The position numbers and the translations under genes are program-made. A stretch of DNA of 56,996 nucleotides from an uncultured virus (IMG/VR IMGVR_UViG_3300044843_001102) (taxonomy: Duplodnaviria; Heunggongvirae; Uroviricota; Caudoviricetes): the IMG/VR virus record IMGVR_UViG_3300044843_001102; one strand, written 5' to 3'. Each line of letters begins with the position of its first letter. The stretch's first letter is position 1. Positions 18,535-27,479 of this stretch are shown piece after piece. The notes under the pieces were generated by a model that had not been told where the DNA came from, made no database searches, and was given only the letters and a program-made list of their open reading frames with translations.

Positions 18535-18797
18535 TATTCCTCGTGGATTTTGCCGATTACTGCCGTTGATGGACAGATTTTAAATTTGTTCTTCTTGTAT
18601 TCAAACTCTTGAATCATTGTTGTAATAACGATTACAGTATCACCATTTATATATGTCCTTGTCTTTGGATCGCTTGCGAGAACTTTTACAGCAGTCAAAT
18701 CTCCGCTTGGTCTTCCCCAAGCAAAGTTGCCGTTTACCTCTTCTTCCTCTTGTGATTCTTTAATATAAATGTATCCTTCTGCTGGCGTGAACTCCAT
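18534..18797 (-). CDS. GroES-like co-chaperonin
   Basis: FTPAEGYIYIK...V..GDTVIV...EFEY...VIGKI matches Cpn10 topology; 87 aa. Confidence 0.55.
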   Translation of the reverse strand: MEFTPAEGYIYIKESQEEEEVNGNFAWGRPSGDLTAVKVLASDPKTRTYINGDTVIVITTMIQEFEYKKNKFKICPSTAVIGKIHEE

Positions 18798-19039
18798 TAA
18801 TCCTCCTCGTCTGGCATCATGTCAAACATTTGATTTAATTCATCAATATCAGTTTTGTCTTTGCGAAGACGATATGCTTTAAGAGCAGTCTTGATTTCAT
18901 CTTTGGTCAACCACTTGTTTTCTAGATAAGACTTGCGTAATTCTGCCTTCTGCTCTTTATAAGGTTTCATAGCATCGTCTAACGCGGCGACAGACATAAC
19001 ATAATCAACAATTCTTTCTTCTTTTGTTTTCTCACTCAT
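18797..19039 (-). CDS. T4 DsbA / GapR-like small DNA-binding protein
   Basis: Helical 80 aa with YKEQKAELRK...K.ALKAYRLRK...MFD; GGAGG SD before ATG 19039. Confidence 0.5.
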   Translation of the reverse strand: MSEKTKEERIVDYVMSVAALDDAMKPYKEQKAELRKSYLENKWLTKDEIKTALKAYRLRKDKTDIDELNQMFDMMPDEED

Positions 19040-19057
19040 ACTTCCTCCAAATGAAAA

Positions 19058-19104
19058 GAGCCACAATGTAGAGTCATTGTAGCTCGGGGAGGTATTGCTG
19101 TCAA
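19058..19104 (-). promoter_or_regulatory. Sigma70 promoter overlapping a terminator hairpin
   Basis: TTGACA (19099-19104), 17 bp, TACAAT (19076-19081); stem 19058-19085 followed by UUUU. Confidence 0.65.
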
Positions 19105-19108
19105 GTGG

Positions 19109-19309
19109 TTAATTGTCTTCGTTGTCTAAATGAAATACTTTCTTTTCAAGGCGGTCAATTCTTTTTTCTAACTTAGCAACATCTTCAAATCTTGTTGCCA
19201 ACCTTTCTAGTGTTATTTTGATTGTAGATATTTCCGTATGAAGTTTCCAGGAAGTTCCCAATATTGTTAGAATAAAGGAACCAAGCATAAAAAGGTCTCT
19301 CATTTCCAT
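19109..19309 (-). CDS. Small membrane protein (one TM helix plus coiled coil), possibly holin-like
   Basis: LFMLGSFILTILGTSW hydrophobic helix then heptads; motif at 19333-19341. Confidence 0.45.
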   Translation of the reverse strand: MEMRDLFMLGSFILTILGTSWKLHTEISTIKITLERLATRFEDVAKLEKRIDRLEKKVFHLDNEDN

Positions 19310-19339
19310 CGCATTTCTCCACTTACTTGTAGTAAATAG

Positions 19340-21196
19340 TTATTTAATTTCGCAAGCGCCACCAGCACAAGCTAATTCTGCTTGTAAGTTTGTTTCGTCA
19401 TCTGTCTCAAAAATCTGCGATAGATCAACGTTTTTGAGTGATTCAAACAATCTATCAAAAGTTTCTTTATCACAATCCTCAAACGGAGCTTGCTTATAAG
19501 TACCACCATCGTAAGGAAGGACGCTTAGACCTGTATAAGAATCTCTATTCTCCCACATCCAATCTCCAACTTCTTGCCACTCTTCTTGACGAACTGAAAC
19601 TGTTGCAGAAACATTGTGAGTATTTTGACCTTTAATGTGTCCTGGTTTTACCCAGCGACTATGAATGTCCTTAACTCTTTCAAGCATTTCTAGGGCGGTT
19701 TCCGTTCGCATAGTAGCACCTTCTGGAGCCTTTTGTGGAACAGAAATTACTGCTGTATCATGTGGGCGGAAGTATTCATCTTCTACCAACTCTGGATGAT
19801 TTTGTAGTAGGTAGGAGTAGATAGCTTCATTCTTACCGACACGGATACGACGAATGTAATAGTCGTTGTGCCAAGCATGGACACCACTACTAGTACCCAA
19901 GATCAAAGAAGTAGTACCACTAGGCTTTACTGTAGTTACGCGAGCAGCGGGATTAATACCTAGTATGCCAGCAACACGCTTGTTTTCTTCTACGGCAACC
20001 TTTGCAGCCTTTTTCATGTCAAGCTTTTGAACTTTATTAGATGCAATACCAGTCATGCCAATGCCAAGTAGAGCTTCTTTTTCTGTTGTACGACGCCAAA
20101 CATCGCGCAGATAGTGAAAATCAGTATAAGTTGCCTGAAGTGTTCCAATAAATGCGGCAGCTTTGACTCTTGCCTCGTAATCTTCTTGGGATTCAAGATC
20201 GCTAACATTTACCTCGCATAGATTACAGAACTGATTACTACGAAGAGCGATCTCGGCGCATGGATTAGTTCCCCATTCTTTATCGTTTGTAAAGAATATT
20301 CCTGGTTCACCCGCTCCAGATGCTTTAATTCTTGCCCATAGATCCATAAAGTAATCTTTGGTTACTCTGTGTCTTAGAATAACTGCTGAGTTATTTGCTC
20401 TACCTCTTTGTGGAGCAGTTTCCCACCAGTGACCAGACTTGGATGAAATCATTTCGTCATCATCTGCGCTAAATAAACAGATAAGAGCAGAACGACGGAT
20501 TCCTCCTGCCAATACTGCATCTGCGATGTGGCAGACAATATCGTGTACTTCAATTGGTTCAAGTTTATCTCCATCTTGTTTACTCTCCAAAATACCTTCT
20601 ACTTTAAGTAGGCATTCTCTAAGTGGTTGAGGACCAGGTGCTTTACCGCCAGCAGTAACTAGTCTTGCTCCTTTTGGACGAATATCACTGAAGTCAAATA
20701 CGACCTTTGATCCTCCTTCGAAATATGATCTCATTAAAGCCTTGATTGAATCTGCCCAACCTTCAATGCTATCGCCAATCAAAAAACGACGAGTTCTCTT
20801 TGGATTTGGTTTATGAAGTTCTGGTAGTTTCTCAACATGGTGTTTTTGAACTGAATATCCAACACCAGTTCCACCAAGAAGAAGGAACATGACTTCATTA
20901 AATGCTCTTACATCATCAATCGCAACGAAAGCACAATTGAAAATTCTTGTTGGATTAACTTCAATTGGTCTTCCGCCAAATTGCATTGATCTCATTGAGG
21001 GAAGAACTTTGCGATCAAATACAAATTCGTATGCTTGTCTAATTTCTTGCTCTAGTTGTGGATGCTTCTTAATATGCATCTCCATATTTCTTTTAACTGT
21101 ATCTTCGTATTGCTCTCTTCTAAACTCATCTTTCATAAAGCGAGCATACTTCATGTGATGAGTGATATCGCTTAAAATTTTTTGTGAAACATCCAT
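19340..21196 (-). CDS. nrdJ: Class II (B12-dependent) ribonucleotide reductase
   Basis: FNC, TNPCAEI, FCNL, VKPSGT, C-terminal CAGGACEI; no ATP cone. Confidence 0.92.
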   Translation of the reverse strand: MDVSQKILSDITHHMKYARFMKDEFRREQYEDTVKRNMEMHIKKHPQLEQEIRQAYEFVFDRKVLPSMRSMQFGGRPIEVNPTRIFNCAFVAIDDVRAFNEVMFLLLGGTGVGYSVQKHHVEKLPELHKPNPKRTRRFLIGDSIEGWADSIKALMRSYFEGGSKVVFDFSDIRPKGARLVTAGGKAPGPQPLRECLLKVEGILESKQDGDKLEPIEVHDIVCHIADAVLAGGIRRSALICLFSADDDEMISSKSGHWWETAPQRGRANNSAVILRHRVTKDYFMDLWARIKASGAGEPGIFFTNDKEWGTNPCAEIALRSNQFCNLCEVNVSDLESQEDYEARVKAAAFIGTLQATYTDFHYLRDVWRRTTEKEALLGIGMTGIASNKVQKLDMKKAAKVAVEENKRVAGILGINPAARVTTVKPSGTTSLILGTSSGVHAWHNDYYIRRIRVGKNEAIYSYLLQNHPELVEDEYFRPHDTAVISVPQKAPEGATMRTETALEMLERVKDIHSRWVKPGHIKGQNTHNVSATVSVRQEEWQEVGDWMWENRDSYTGLSVLPYDGGTYKQAPFEDCDKETFDRLFESLKNVDLSQIFETDDETNLQAELACAGGACEIK

Positions 21197-21223
21197 TAAG
21201 ACCTCTGTTGTGTAGTGTCAGTT

Positions 21224-21252
21224 AGTATAATTTAATTGTAATTGATTGTCAA
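21224..21252 (-). promoter_or_regulatory. Sigma70-type promoter upstream of nrdJ
   Basis: TTGACA (21247-21252), 17 bp, TATACT (21224-21229). Confidence 0.75.
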
Positions 21253-21253
21253 G

Positions 21254-21982
21254 TTAGAGTTTTTTGAGAAGTTTGCTGATTGCTCTAACTAATGCTTCTT
21301 GTTTCATTGGATCTTGTAAGTTAACTTTAATATCTTCTTCTTCTCCTTTTTTAGGACCAGTATCTTTTAATGCATCAGGGTCTCTGGTAAATCCTTTTTT
21401 TGGTCCAATCATTTTATCCATTGTTTCTTTATCGGTGAACGGTACATAAACATCATCAGGAGATTTTGGTAGACCTGAATCATTAGTGGGCATTGGTGAA
21501 TCGGCGGTAATTTCTGTATCTTTACCCATTCCAGCAGAAGCACTTGCTCTTCGTTGCTCCGCTGCAGCAACTGCTTTATCAAGAATTTGATCAAAAGTTT
21601 CTCCAGCTATTGATGTACCACCTCTTTGAACTCTCTGTTCGAAAACCGCAGATAAAGCTCTGAAATTTGTAATTTTATCAAGGTTTAATCTTGGATAAAG
21701 TATTTTTATAAGTCTGCTTGTACGCTTATCTAGTTTACCATTAACCTGGGGCCAAGAACTTCTATATTCTTCTCCCATTATTTTTCTTAAAGCTCTTTGA
21801 ATTTTCATAATTTCTACTGCGTTTCGACTAATCGCTGGTCTCGACGTTCTAGATGTCGCACCTTTTTGATAAGGACTCTTTGTTTGTCCCGGTTCTGATC
21901 CTGGAATATCTGGGTAATCAACTTCTTTTAAAACTTTTTTTAGTTCTTCTAAAATAATTTTTCTTAAAAACTTAGCTTCCAT
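21254..21982 (-). CDS. Putative internal head protein with a degenerate peptidoglycan-binding-like segment
   Basis: Leader MEAKFLRKIILEELKKVLKE; IMKIQRAL...VNGKLDKRT; motif at 22005-22013. Confidence 0.5.
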   Translation of the reverse strand: MEAKFLRKIILEELKKVLKEVDYPDIPGSEPGQTKSPYQKGATSRTSRPAISRNAVEIMKIQRALRKIMGEEYRSSWPQVNGKLDKRTSRLIKILYPRLNLDKITNFRALSAVFEQRVQRGGTSIAGETFDQILDKAVAAAEQRRASASAGMGKDTEITADSPMPTNDSGLPKSPDDVYVPFTDKETMDKMIGPKKGFTRDPDALKDTGPKKGEEEDIKVNLQDPMKQEALVRAISKLLKKL

Positions 21983-22018
21983 AGATTTCTCCTCAATGTA
22001 CTAGTAAATAGTATCAAA

Positions 22019-23383
22019 TCATTTTGGAGTCCTGAACTTCTCAAAAATTTCCTGTTTCTTGTTTCTTGGTTTTTTGATTTTTGTTTGGATTACATCTTCC
22101 TCCTTTTGATCTTCGAGCACTTCCATCTTAACAATCGCAGTATCCATATAAAGTGGCATTACAATTCCGTCTGGGCCATTACGGTTCTTTGCAATAAAGA
22201 TACGACCAGAGTTAGTTTTCTTATCATCTACTGTTCTTGATACAGAGAAGATAAAGTCGGCTACGAAACACTTGTTAAATGCCTCCGAGATTGATTCCAT
22301 TGTAACAACTTCTGCATTTAAACCAGAACGATTTGTTTGTGAAGCAGTCCACACTGGGCAGATAAATTCCATTGCGATTGCTCGTAATTCTTCGTAGATA
22401 GTTTCCAGTTCTGTTCTTTTTTCTTTGTAGCGCACAGTCGGATTGAGAAGATCGCCATAGTCAACAATAATCATATCAACCTTTTGTCCTGCCGATACAA
22501 CACGCTTTAGATGATTCTTAATTACAGAAGTGCTTGCTGACTTTGTTGGATATTCTTTAATGATTAGTTTACCTTTGACATTCTTAACTTCTTCAAGAAT
22601 ATATTCTTTTTGATCCATTAGATCTTTAAGTGGTACTCCAGTTAAGCAAGAATCATATCGACTTGCCACAACTGTATCGGAGAGTTCAAGAGTGTAATGA
22701 ACGACTTGTAAGCCAGCTTTAACTGCCATAGCTCCAAGATGAACCAAGGCCATAGACTTACCAGCGCCAGTTGGAGCAATAACAACACCCAACTCTCCTC
22801 TTCCAAGCCCACCTTGAGTAATCTTGTCCACTCTTTCCCATCCAGTAGAAACTGGATTGCGCTCTTTGAGCATGAATCTTTTTTCAAAATCAAGTTTGTA
22901 ATCATACCCATAGTTGTTGTCCGTACCAAGTTTAAGAGCGGAGGTTACAATGACACCAATCTCATCAAGAGTGTTCGACTTATTCATAAGTCCAGCAGAC
23001 TTAACAAGGGCTTCCTTAATTTTTTGACGACGGCAGAAATCAAGTGAAGTGTCCTTGATATAATCTTCATCATCAATTTCTGGTGATGCCGTGATACGAG
23101 CAAAGTAATCTCTTACTTGCTTATTTAGAGCATCATTGTCGTCTTCCAGTTCTGTCCGCAAGATTGTGGACATAATGTTGGCTGACGGATACATATCATA
23201 CTTGTCTCTGTAATCAAATAACTTCTTACAGAACAACTGCAAATACTTTAACTCAAAGAAGTTCAGGTCAAGAACCTCTCTGAGTTGATCAGCAAATTGC
23301 CGATCTGAAAACATCAATTGTGCGAGTTTCTCTTGGAAAGATTTACCAAACTTTGAGAAGTCTAATTGATTATTGTTGCTCAT
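22019..23383 (-). CDS. dnaB: Replicative DNA helicase (DnaB/gp41-like)
   Basis: STGW..VD, APTGAGKS, IIVDYGDLL, WTASQTNR, AKNRNG. Confidence 0.92.
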   Translation of the reverse strand: MSNNNQLDFSKFGKSFQEKLAQLMFSDRQFADQLREVLDLNFFELKYLQLFCKKLFDYRDKYDMYPSANIMSTILRTELEDDNDALNKQVRDYFARITASPEIDDEDYIKDTSLDFCRRQKIKEALVKSAGLMNKSNTLDEIGVIVTSALKLGTDNNYGYDYKLDFEKRFMLKERNPVSTGWERVDKITQGGLGRGELGVVIAPTGAGKSMALVHLGAMAVKAGLQVVHYTLELSDTVVASRYDSCLTGVPLKDLMDQKEYILEEVKNVKGKLIIKEYPTKSASTSVIKNHLKRVVSAGQKVDMIIVDYGDLLNPTVRYKEKRTELETIYEELRAIAMEFICPVWTASQTNRSGLNAEVVTMESISEAFNKCFVADFIFSVSRTVDDKKTNSGRIFIAKNRNGPDGIVMPLYMDTAIVKMEVLEDQKEEDVIQTKIKKPRNKKQEIFEKFRTPK

Positions 23384-24341
23384 TCTTTACCTTCGATGTT
23401 ATTGAAATCATATTTAGATTTGAAAACAATTCTGTCCAAGAGAAATTACCAGTTCCATCTTGCATCATCATCATGCGAAGATTGGTTTTATTAAACCCAA
23501 CAGGATACTCATCAATGATGCCACGAATTTTCTCTCTCACATCAATAGAAAGAGAGGGAGCATAAAGTTGCATCATATCATAGTTGTCTTTAATAAGTTT
23601 CTCTGATTCCAGAATTGATTCGTGAATCTTCATTGGCTTTGGGTCATTCTTACACATGTCGAAGATTTCCGTCAACATCACAGACTTTTCTTCTTTAAGT
23701 TGTGGAAACTTCTTTGCCATTGTTTTTAGACCAACACCTTTTGCTCCCGGTAAATTATCCGAGGCATCTCCAACAACTGCTCTTGCTAAAGCAAAATTTG
23801 TTGGATGAATATCATATTCGCCTACTACTTTTTCTACATCGTAAATTTCTTCTTTACATGGACGATATAGAAAGGTATTTGGATCTAAGAGTTGCAAGAA
23901 GTCTTTGTCGTTAGACACGATTGTCTTTTTATCTGCCGACAATTCACGGCAGAGAACCGAAATAGCATCGTCTGCTTCTACAAAATCAAGATAGATCTGA
24001 GCGATCGGCATTTGGTTCAAATATTCTACTACTCTACCGTATTGCCAATAACGATTTTGCTTCTCATCTTCTTCGGTGAGATCACCAAAATTTCTATTTA
24101 GACGAATAGGTTTTCGCCCTTCCTTATAGTTGCTGTTTACTGCTCGCCTACGAATTGCTGACTTAGGGCCATCCCAGCAGAAATAAATCTTGTCAGGATT
24201 GTTTTCCCGAATAAGTTTCTGCATCATTTTAAATGTACCTTTAATTCCTCCCGTTGGTTGACCATTTGGACCAAGTGAGGGATCCATCATATATGCTCGG
24301 AAAAATAGATTTAATCCATCAATTATTAATATATTACTCAT
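23370..24341 (-). CDS. 5'-3' exonuclease / flap endonuclease (Pol I N-terminal, T4 RNase H family)
   Basis: IIDGLN, YKEGR, EADD, SNDKDFLQL, GDASDNLPG.KGVG.KT. Confidence 0.92.
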   Translation of the reverse strand: MSNILIIDGLNLFFRAYMMDPSLGPNGQPTGGIKGTFKMMQKLIRENNPDKIYFCWDGPKSAIRRRAVNSNYKEGRKPIRLNRNFGDLTEEDEKQNRYWQYGRVVEYLNQMPIAQIYLDFVEADDAISVLCRELSADKKTIVSNDKDFLQLLDPNTFLYRPCKEEIYDVEKVVGEYDIHPTNFALARAVVGDASDNLPGAKGVGLKTMAKKFPQLKEEKSVMLTEIFDMCKNDPKPMKIHESILESEKLIKDNYDMMQLYAPSLSIDVREKIRGIIDEYPVGFNKTNLRMMMMQDGTGNFSWTELFSNLNMISITSKVKNEQQ

Positions 24342-24609
24342 TATTATCCTTTGGAAGAGACCACAGAAAATCAGGGTCTTGTTCGTTCTTTCTGCTTTCT
24401 TTTACCATTGCTTCTCCAACAGCAGAGATCATTGTTTGCTCAAAGTGTTTCTGATCCCATTCTGCCAGATGATAAAGTTCATTGTAAGACCTTATGAAGT
24501 CTTCACTAACACTGAAAGTGATCTTTGCTGATCCATCTTTCTTTTCTTTAATCTTTGTAACTTTTATGCTTCCAAGATTTTCAAGTTGTTTTCGGTGTAT
24601 ATCGGACAT
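24334..24609 (-). CDS. Hypothetical protein
   Basis: ATG 24609 preceded by AGGAG. Confidence 0.5.
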   Translation of the reverse strand: MSDIHRKQLENLGSIKVTKIKEKKDGSAKITFSVSEDFIRSYNELYHLAEWDQKHFEQTMISAVGEAMVKESRKNEQDPDFLWSLPKDNNE

Positions 24610-24628
24610 GTCAACTCCTAATAAAAAA

Positions 24629-24672
24629 CCCAAGGTGGAACCATTATAGTCCAACCTTGGGCTTCTTGTCAA
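24629..24672 (-). promoter_or_regulatory. Consensus sigma70 promoter with -10 in a terminator loop
   Basis: TTGACA (24667-24672), 18 bp, TATAAT (24643-24648); stem 24629-24661 then U6. Confidence 0.7.
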
Positions 24673-24678
24673 GCAAGA

Positions 24679-25833
24679 TTATTCTTCATCAAGTTCTACT
24701 TCTTCTTCATCCTCTCCGTCGATATTGTAGAAGTTCTTAGCATTTCCTTCTCTTGAATCGAACTTCTGGATTACTTCTTTATCCATCAATCTTAATACTT
24801 GTTCTCTAAACTCTTTGTCTTTTAACTTGTCAATCCAATCTTTTGATTGGAACTTAACTTCTTTTCCGTCTTCAAATACCAAAGTATACCAAGCACCAGA
24901 TTGTTTTAGTTTGTCAGAGTTTTTAATTGCCTCAAACCAAGATTCTTCATCTTGAATCGCAATGTCGTCACCACCCCAAAGAATTTTGAATGTACATTCT
25001 CGACCTTGTGTACCAAATCTGGACTTCTCAATCTTTGCTTTGACCTCATTACCAATTCTGAACCCAGCATCATTAAGAATGAAACTTGCCTTTCCTTTTC
25101 TCGCTGTGAGCCAAATGCGAAGAGAATAAGCATAAGCCAAGGCTTTACCGCCTGGAGTAAAATACGGGTTTAGAAGGGCCTCTTGCGGGCTTCTGGTGAT
25201 GTTTGTTTTCAACTGGTTGAGGCAGAGCAGGGTGCTGCCGCTATTTGCCAAAGGTTGAATCAGTTTCGAGAATGCTTTTGATAAAATTCTCGGTTTGACT
25301 GCCATTGATGATTGTGGATCGAAGTCTCCCTCTACGTCTGTCTCTGTTGGTGTAAATGCAATCGAGTCCCAAATAAACAACATCTTATTTTGGTTGTTTG
25401 CGAGAAGTTCTTCAATTGTTTCTAACACAAACTCAACTGATCTTGCCTGAACATAAAGTAGAGTGGATAGATCACAACCAACCTTCTCCATGAAGTCTGA
25501 AGCGATTGCAGACTCTGAATCGAAATAGACTACGTCAATACCCTTTTGTTGTGCATGTGCTGCGATTTGTGCTGCCATATAAGATTTACCTGCTGCTTCC
25601 AAACCAGCAAGTTCAACAATCTTGCCCATTGGAATACCAGAGATCTTACCTTTACAGATAATAGAATCTAACCATCGAGAACCTGTCGGAATCCATTCAT
25701 CTACATCAGTTGGATTAGACTCTTCTAGACTGTATGCGACCACCGCGCCAGCCTTTTTGTTGAGAATATCTCTCATTTGTTGAATAGACACTCTGCCTTT
25801 TGTTTCTTTATCTTTCTTTTTTACGTTTGCCAT
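24679..25833 (-). CDS. recA: RecA/UvsX recombinase
   Basis: IPTGS, GLEAAGKS Walker A, WDSIA Walker B, TPGGKAL. Confidence 0.93.
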   Translation of the reverse strand: MANVKKKDKETKGRVSIQQMRDILNKKAGAVVAYSLEESNPTDVDEWIPTGSRWLDSIICKGKISGIPMGKIVELAGLEAAGKSYMAAQIAAHAQQKGIDVVYFDSESAIASDFMEKVGCDLSTLLYVQARSVEFVLETIEELLANNQNKMLFIWDSIAFTPTETDVEGDFDPQSSMAVKPRILSKAFSKLIQPLANSGSTLLCLNQLKTNITRSPQEALLNPYFTPGGKALAYAYSLRIWLTARKGKASFILNDAGFRIGNEVKAKIEKSRFGTQGRECTFKILWGGDDIAIQDEESWFEAIKNSDKLKQSGAWYTLVFEDGKEVKFQSKDWIDKLKDKEFREQVLRLMDKEVIQKFDSREGNAKNFYNIDGEDEEEVELDEE

Positions 25834-25850
25834 TTTGTCTCCAAATAAAA

Positions 25851-25890
25851 AGGGTTGGTAGATTTTACCCTACCAACCCCAATTAGTCAA
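25851..25890 (-). promoter_or_regulatory. Sigma70 promoter with -10 in a terminator loop, upstream of recA
   Basis: TTGACT (25885-25890), 17 bp, TAAAAT (25862-25867); stem 25851-25880 then U-tract. Confidence 0.65.
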
Positions 25891-25893
25891 GTG

Positions 25894-26643
25894 CTAAACA
25901 TTAAGATCTTTAAGGGCGGAATCTAAATCTTGACCGCCATCGTCCGTAGCATTGGTGGGATCACCTCCTTCATCGCTCGGTCCATTAAGGAATTCATCAA
26001 GGATCTCGGCAACTTGACTTGCTGTTTTTCGCTCGAACAACGAGTCGAAATCAGTTCCATGATTAACTAGTTCGGTAATTGTCTCTTTCTTGTCAGCAAG
26101 AGGAGAAGATTTACGTTTTGGTGTCAAACTGGTCTCGGGATAGAGTTTACCTGACTTTTTAGACACAGACACAACCAAGTCCAAACCTTCGTCAGTGTCA
26201 GTAATATCGCCATACTCAGGGTTGAGCATCAACTTGAGTAGTTCTTCGTAGATGGTCTTGGAGTATCCCCAGATTTGGGCACCCTTCTCAACTTCACCGC
26301 GAACGATGATTGGAGAGAAAAATCTCTGCTTGGCAGTCATATCCTTGGCGAGCTTACGACTTTCCTCGTCGCCCTCTTTGTAGAGTTTGGAAACGAGATC
26401 ACACATTGGACAGTTCTCACCAAAGTTCTTCTTTGGACATAGAACACTCTGAAACTTCTTCTCGGTGCGAAGATAATGGAAATAGAACTCCTTTAGAGGA
26501 TCACCGTCATCAGTTGGAAGAATACGGATGGTTGAATCCGCACCATCAACTGGTTTCCAGTATTGTGTGGTCTTACCTTTTGCGCCACTTTTGTTATTGA
26601 GGTTATTTAGTTTTTCACGCATTTTTTTAATGTCAATAGCCAT
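25894..26643 (-). CDS. gp32-type single-stranded DNA-binding protein
   Basis: IRILP, FHY..CP...CPMC Zn site, YGDITD...G.D, acidic C-terminal tail. Confidence 0.85.
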   Translation of the reverse strand: MAIDIKKMREKLNNLNNKSGAKGKTTQYWKPVDGADSTIRILPTDDGDPLKEFYFHYLRTEKKFQSVLCPKKNFGENCPMCDLVSKLYKEGDEESRKLAKDMTAKQRFFSPIIVRGEVEKGAQIWGYSKTIYEELLKLMLNPEYGDITDTDEGLDLVVSVSKKSGKLYPETSLTPKRKSSPLADKKETITELVNHGTDFDSLFERKTASQVAEILDEFLNGPSDEGGDPTNATDDGGQDLDSALKDLNV

Positions 26644-26654
26644 TGTTTTTTCCT

Positions 26655-27479
26655 TTATTGTTGTATAATGTTGGTATTTGAAATAATGTAAACAAAATTG
26701 GATTCATAGTTTGTCGTTGTGATTTTGTATGAAATATCCAATTCTGTACCAGAGTACGAACTTTTCGTCTGCTGTTGAATCATCTTAATCAACTCTTTGT
26801 TTGTTGTCAAGTCACTCTCTTTAATAGCATAGAGAAATATTTTTTGCCTTGGTGAATCAAGGTTATATAAATAACTCTCTGTTCCGTCTTCGTTGTTTAC
26901 GATGCCAATAGTAGAAATTCTGTCCAAGTCTCTTTCCGCTGACATCTTACCAAAGACATTATTTGCTGTCAAGAGGTAATTTGTCATGTGGAGAGTCGAA
27001 ACAATTACCTTGTTTAGACTATCATAATATTCCATTACCGATAATCCACCAAGTAGATTTTCAACCTGAGAATTTGAGATCAGAATCATTTTCTTAAATA
27101 AGCTACTCCTGGTAAATTCCTGTAGAATGCCAAAAGTAACTTTATCTTTCATTGCTATTTCTGCCGAGATAAGGTTCGGATCTGGACGAATATAAAGAAT
27201 TGTTATTTCTGTATGTTTTACCTGCTCTAGTAGTTTTAGGGTTGCTCCTGATACATTTCCGCCACCACAAATAACAAATAGAGTCTCTCCTTTTAACTTT
27301 GAGAGTTGTTTAAACTCTGGTAGTTTCTCTTCATATTGTTCGATCGAAGAACATTGTGGAATTGTAAGACAATTTTTACCTTTTATTCCAGCATCTGCTT
27401 TGAAAACCTTGTACTCTGGATACTGAGAGAACAAATCAGCGATAGAACAACCGCCTTTACCAAGTCCAAGAACATTCAT
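26655..27479 (-). CDS. Tubulin/FtsZ-family GTPase (PhuZ/TubZ-like)
   Basis: VLGLGKGGCSIA first loop, degenerate signature GGGNVSG, IRP, ISN, and N..I segment. Confidence 0.75.
   Translation of the reverse strand: MNVLGLGKGGCSIADLFSQYPEYKVFKADAGIKGKNCLTIPQCSSIEQYEEKLPEFKQLSKLKGETLFVICGGGNVSGATLKLLEQVKHTEITILYIRPDPNLISAEIAMKDKVTFGILQEFTRSSLFKKMILISNSQVENLLGGLSVMEYYDSLNKVIVSTLHMTNYLLTANNVFGKMSAERDLDRISTIGIVNNEDGTESYLYNLDSPRQKIFLYAIKESDLTTNKELIKMIQQQTKSSYSGTELDISYKITTTNYESNFVYIISNTNIIQQ

Noticed and set aside
4858..21196. Inteins or introns in dnaE and nrdJ
   Set aside because: Both have normal lengths and contiguous motifs; no intein termini or homing endonuclease motifs were seen.
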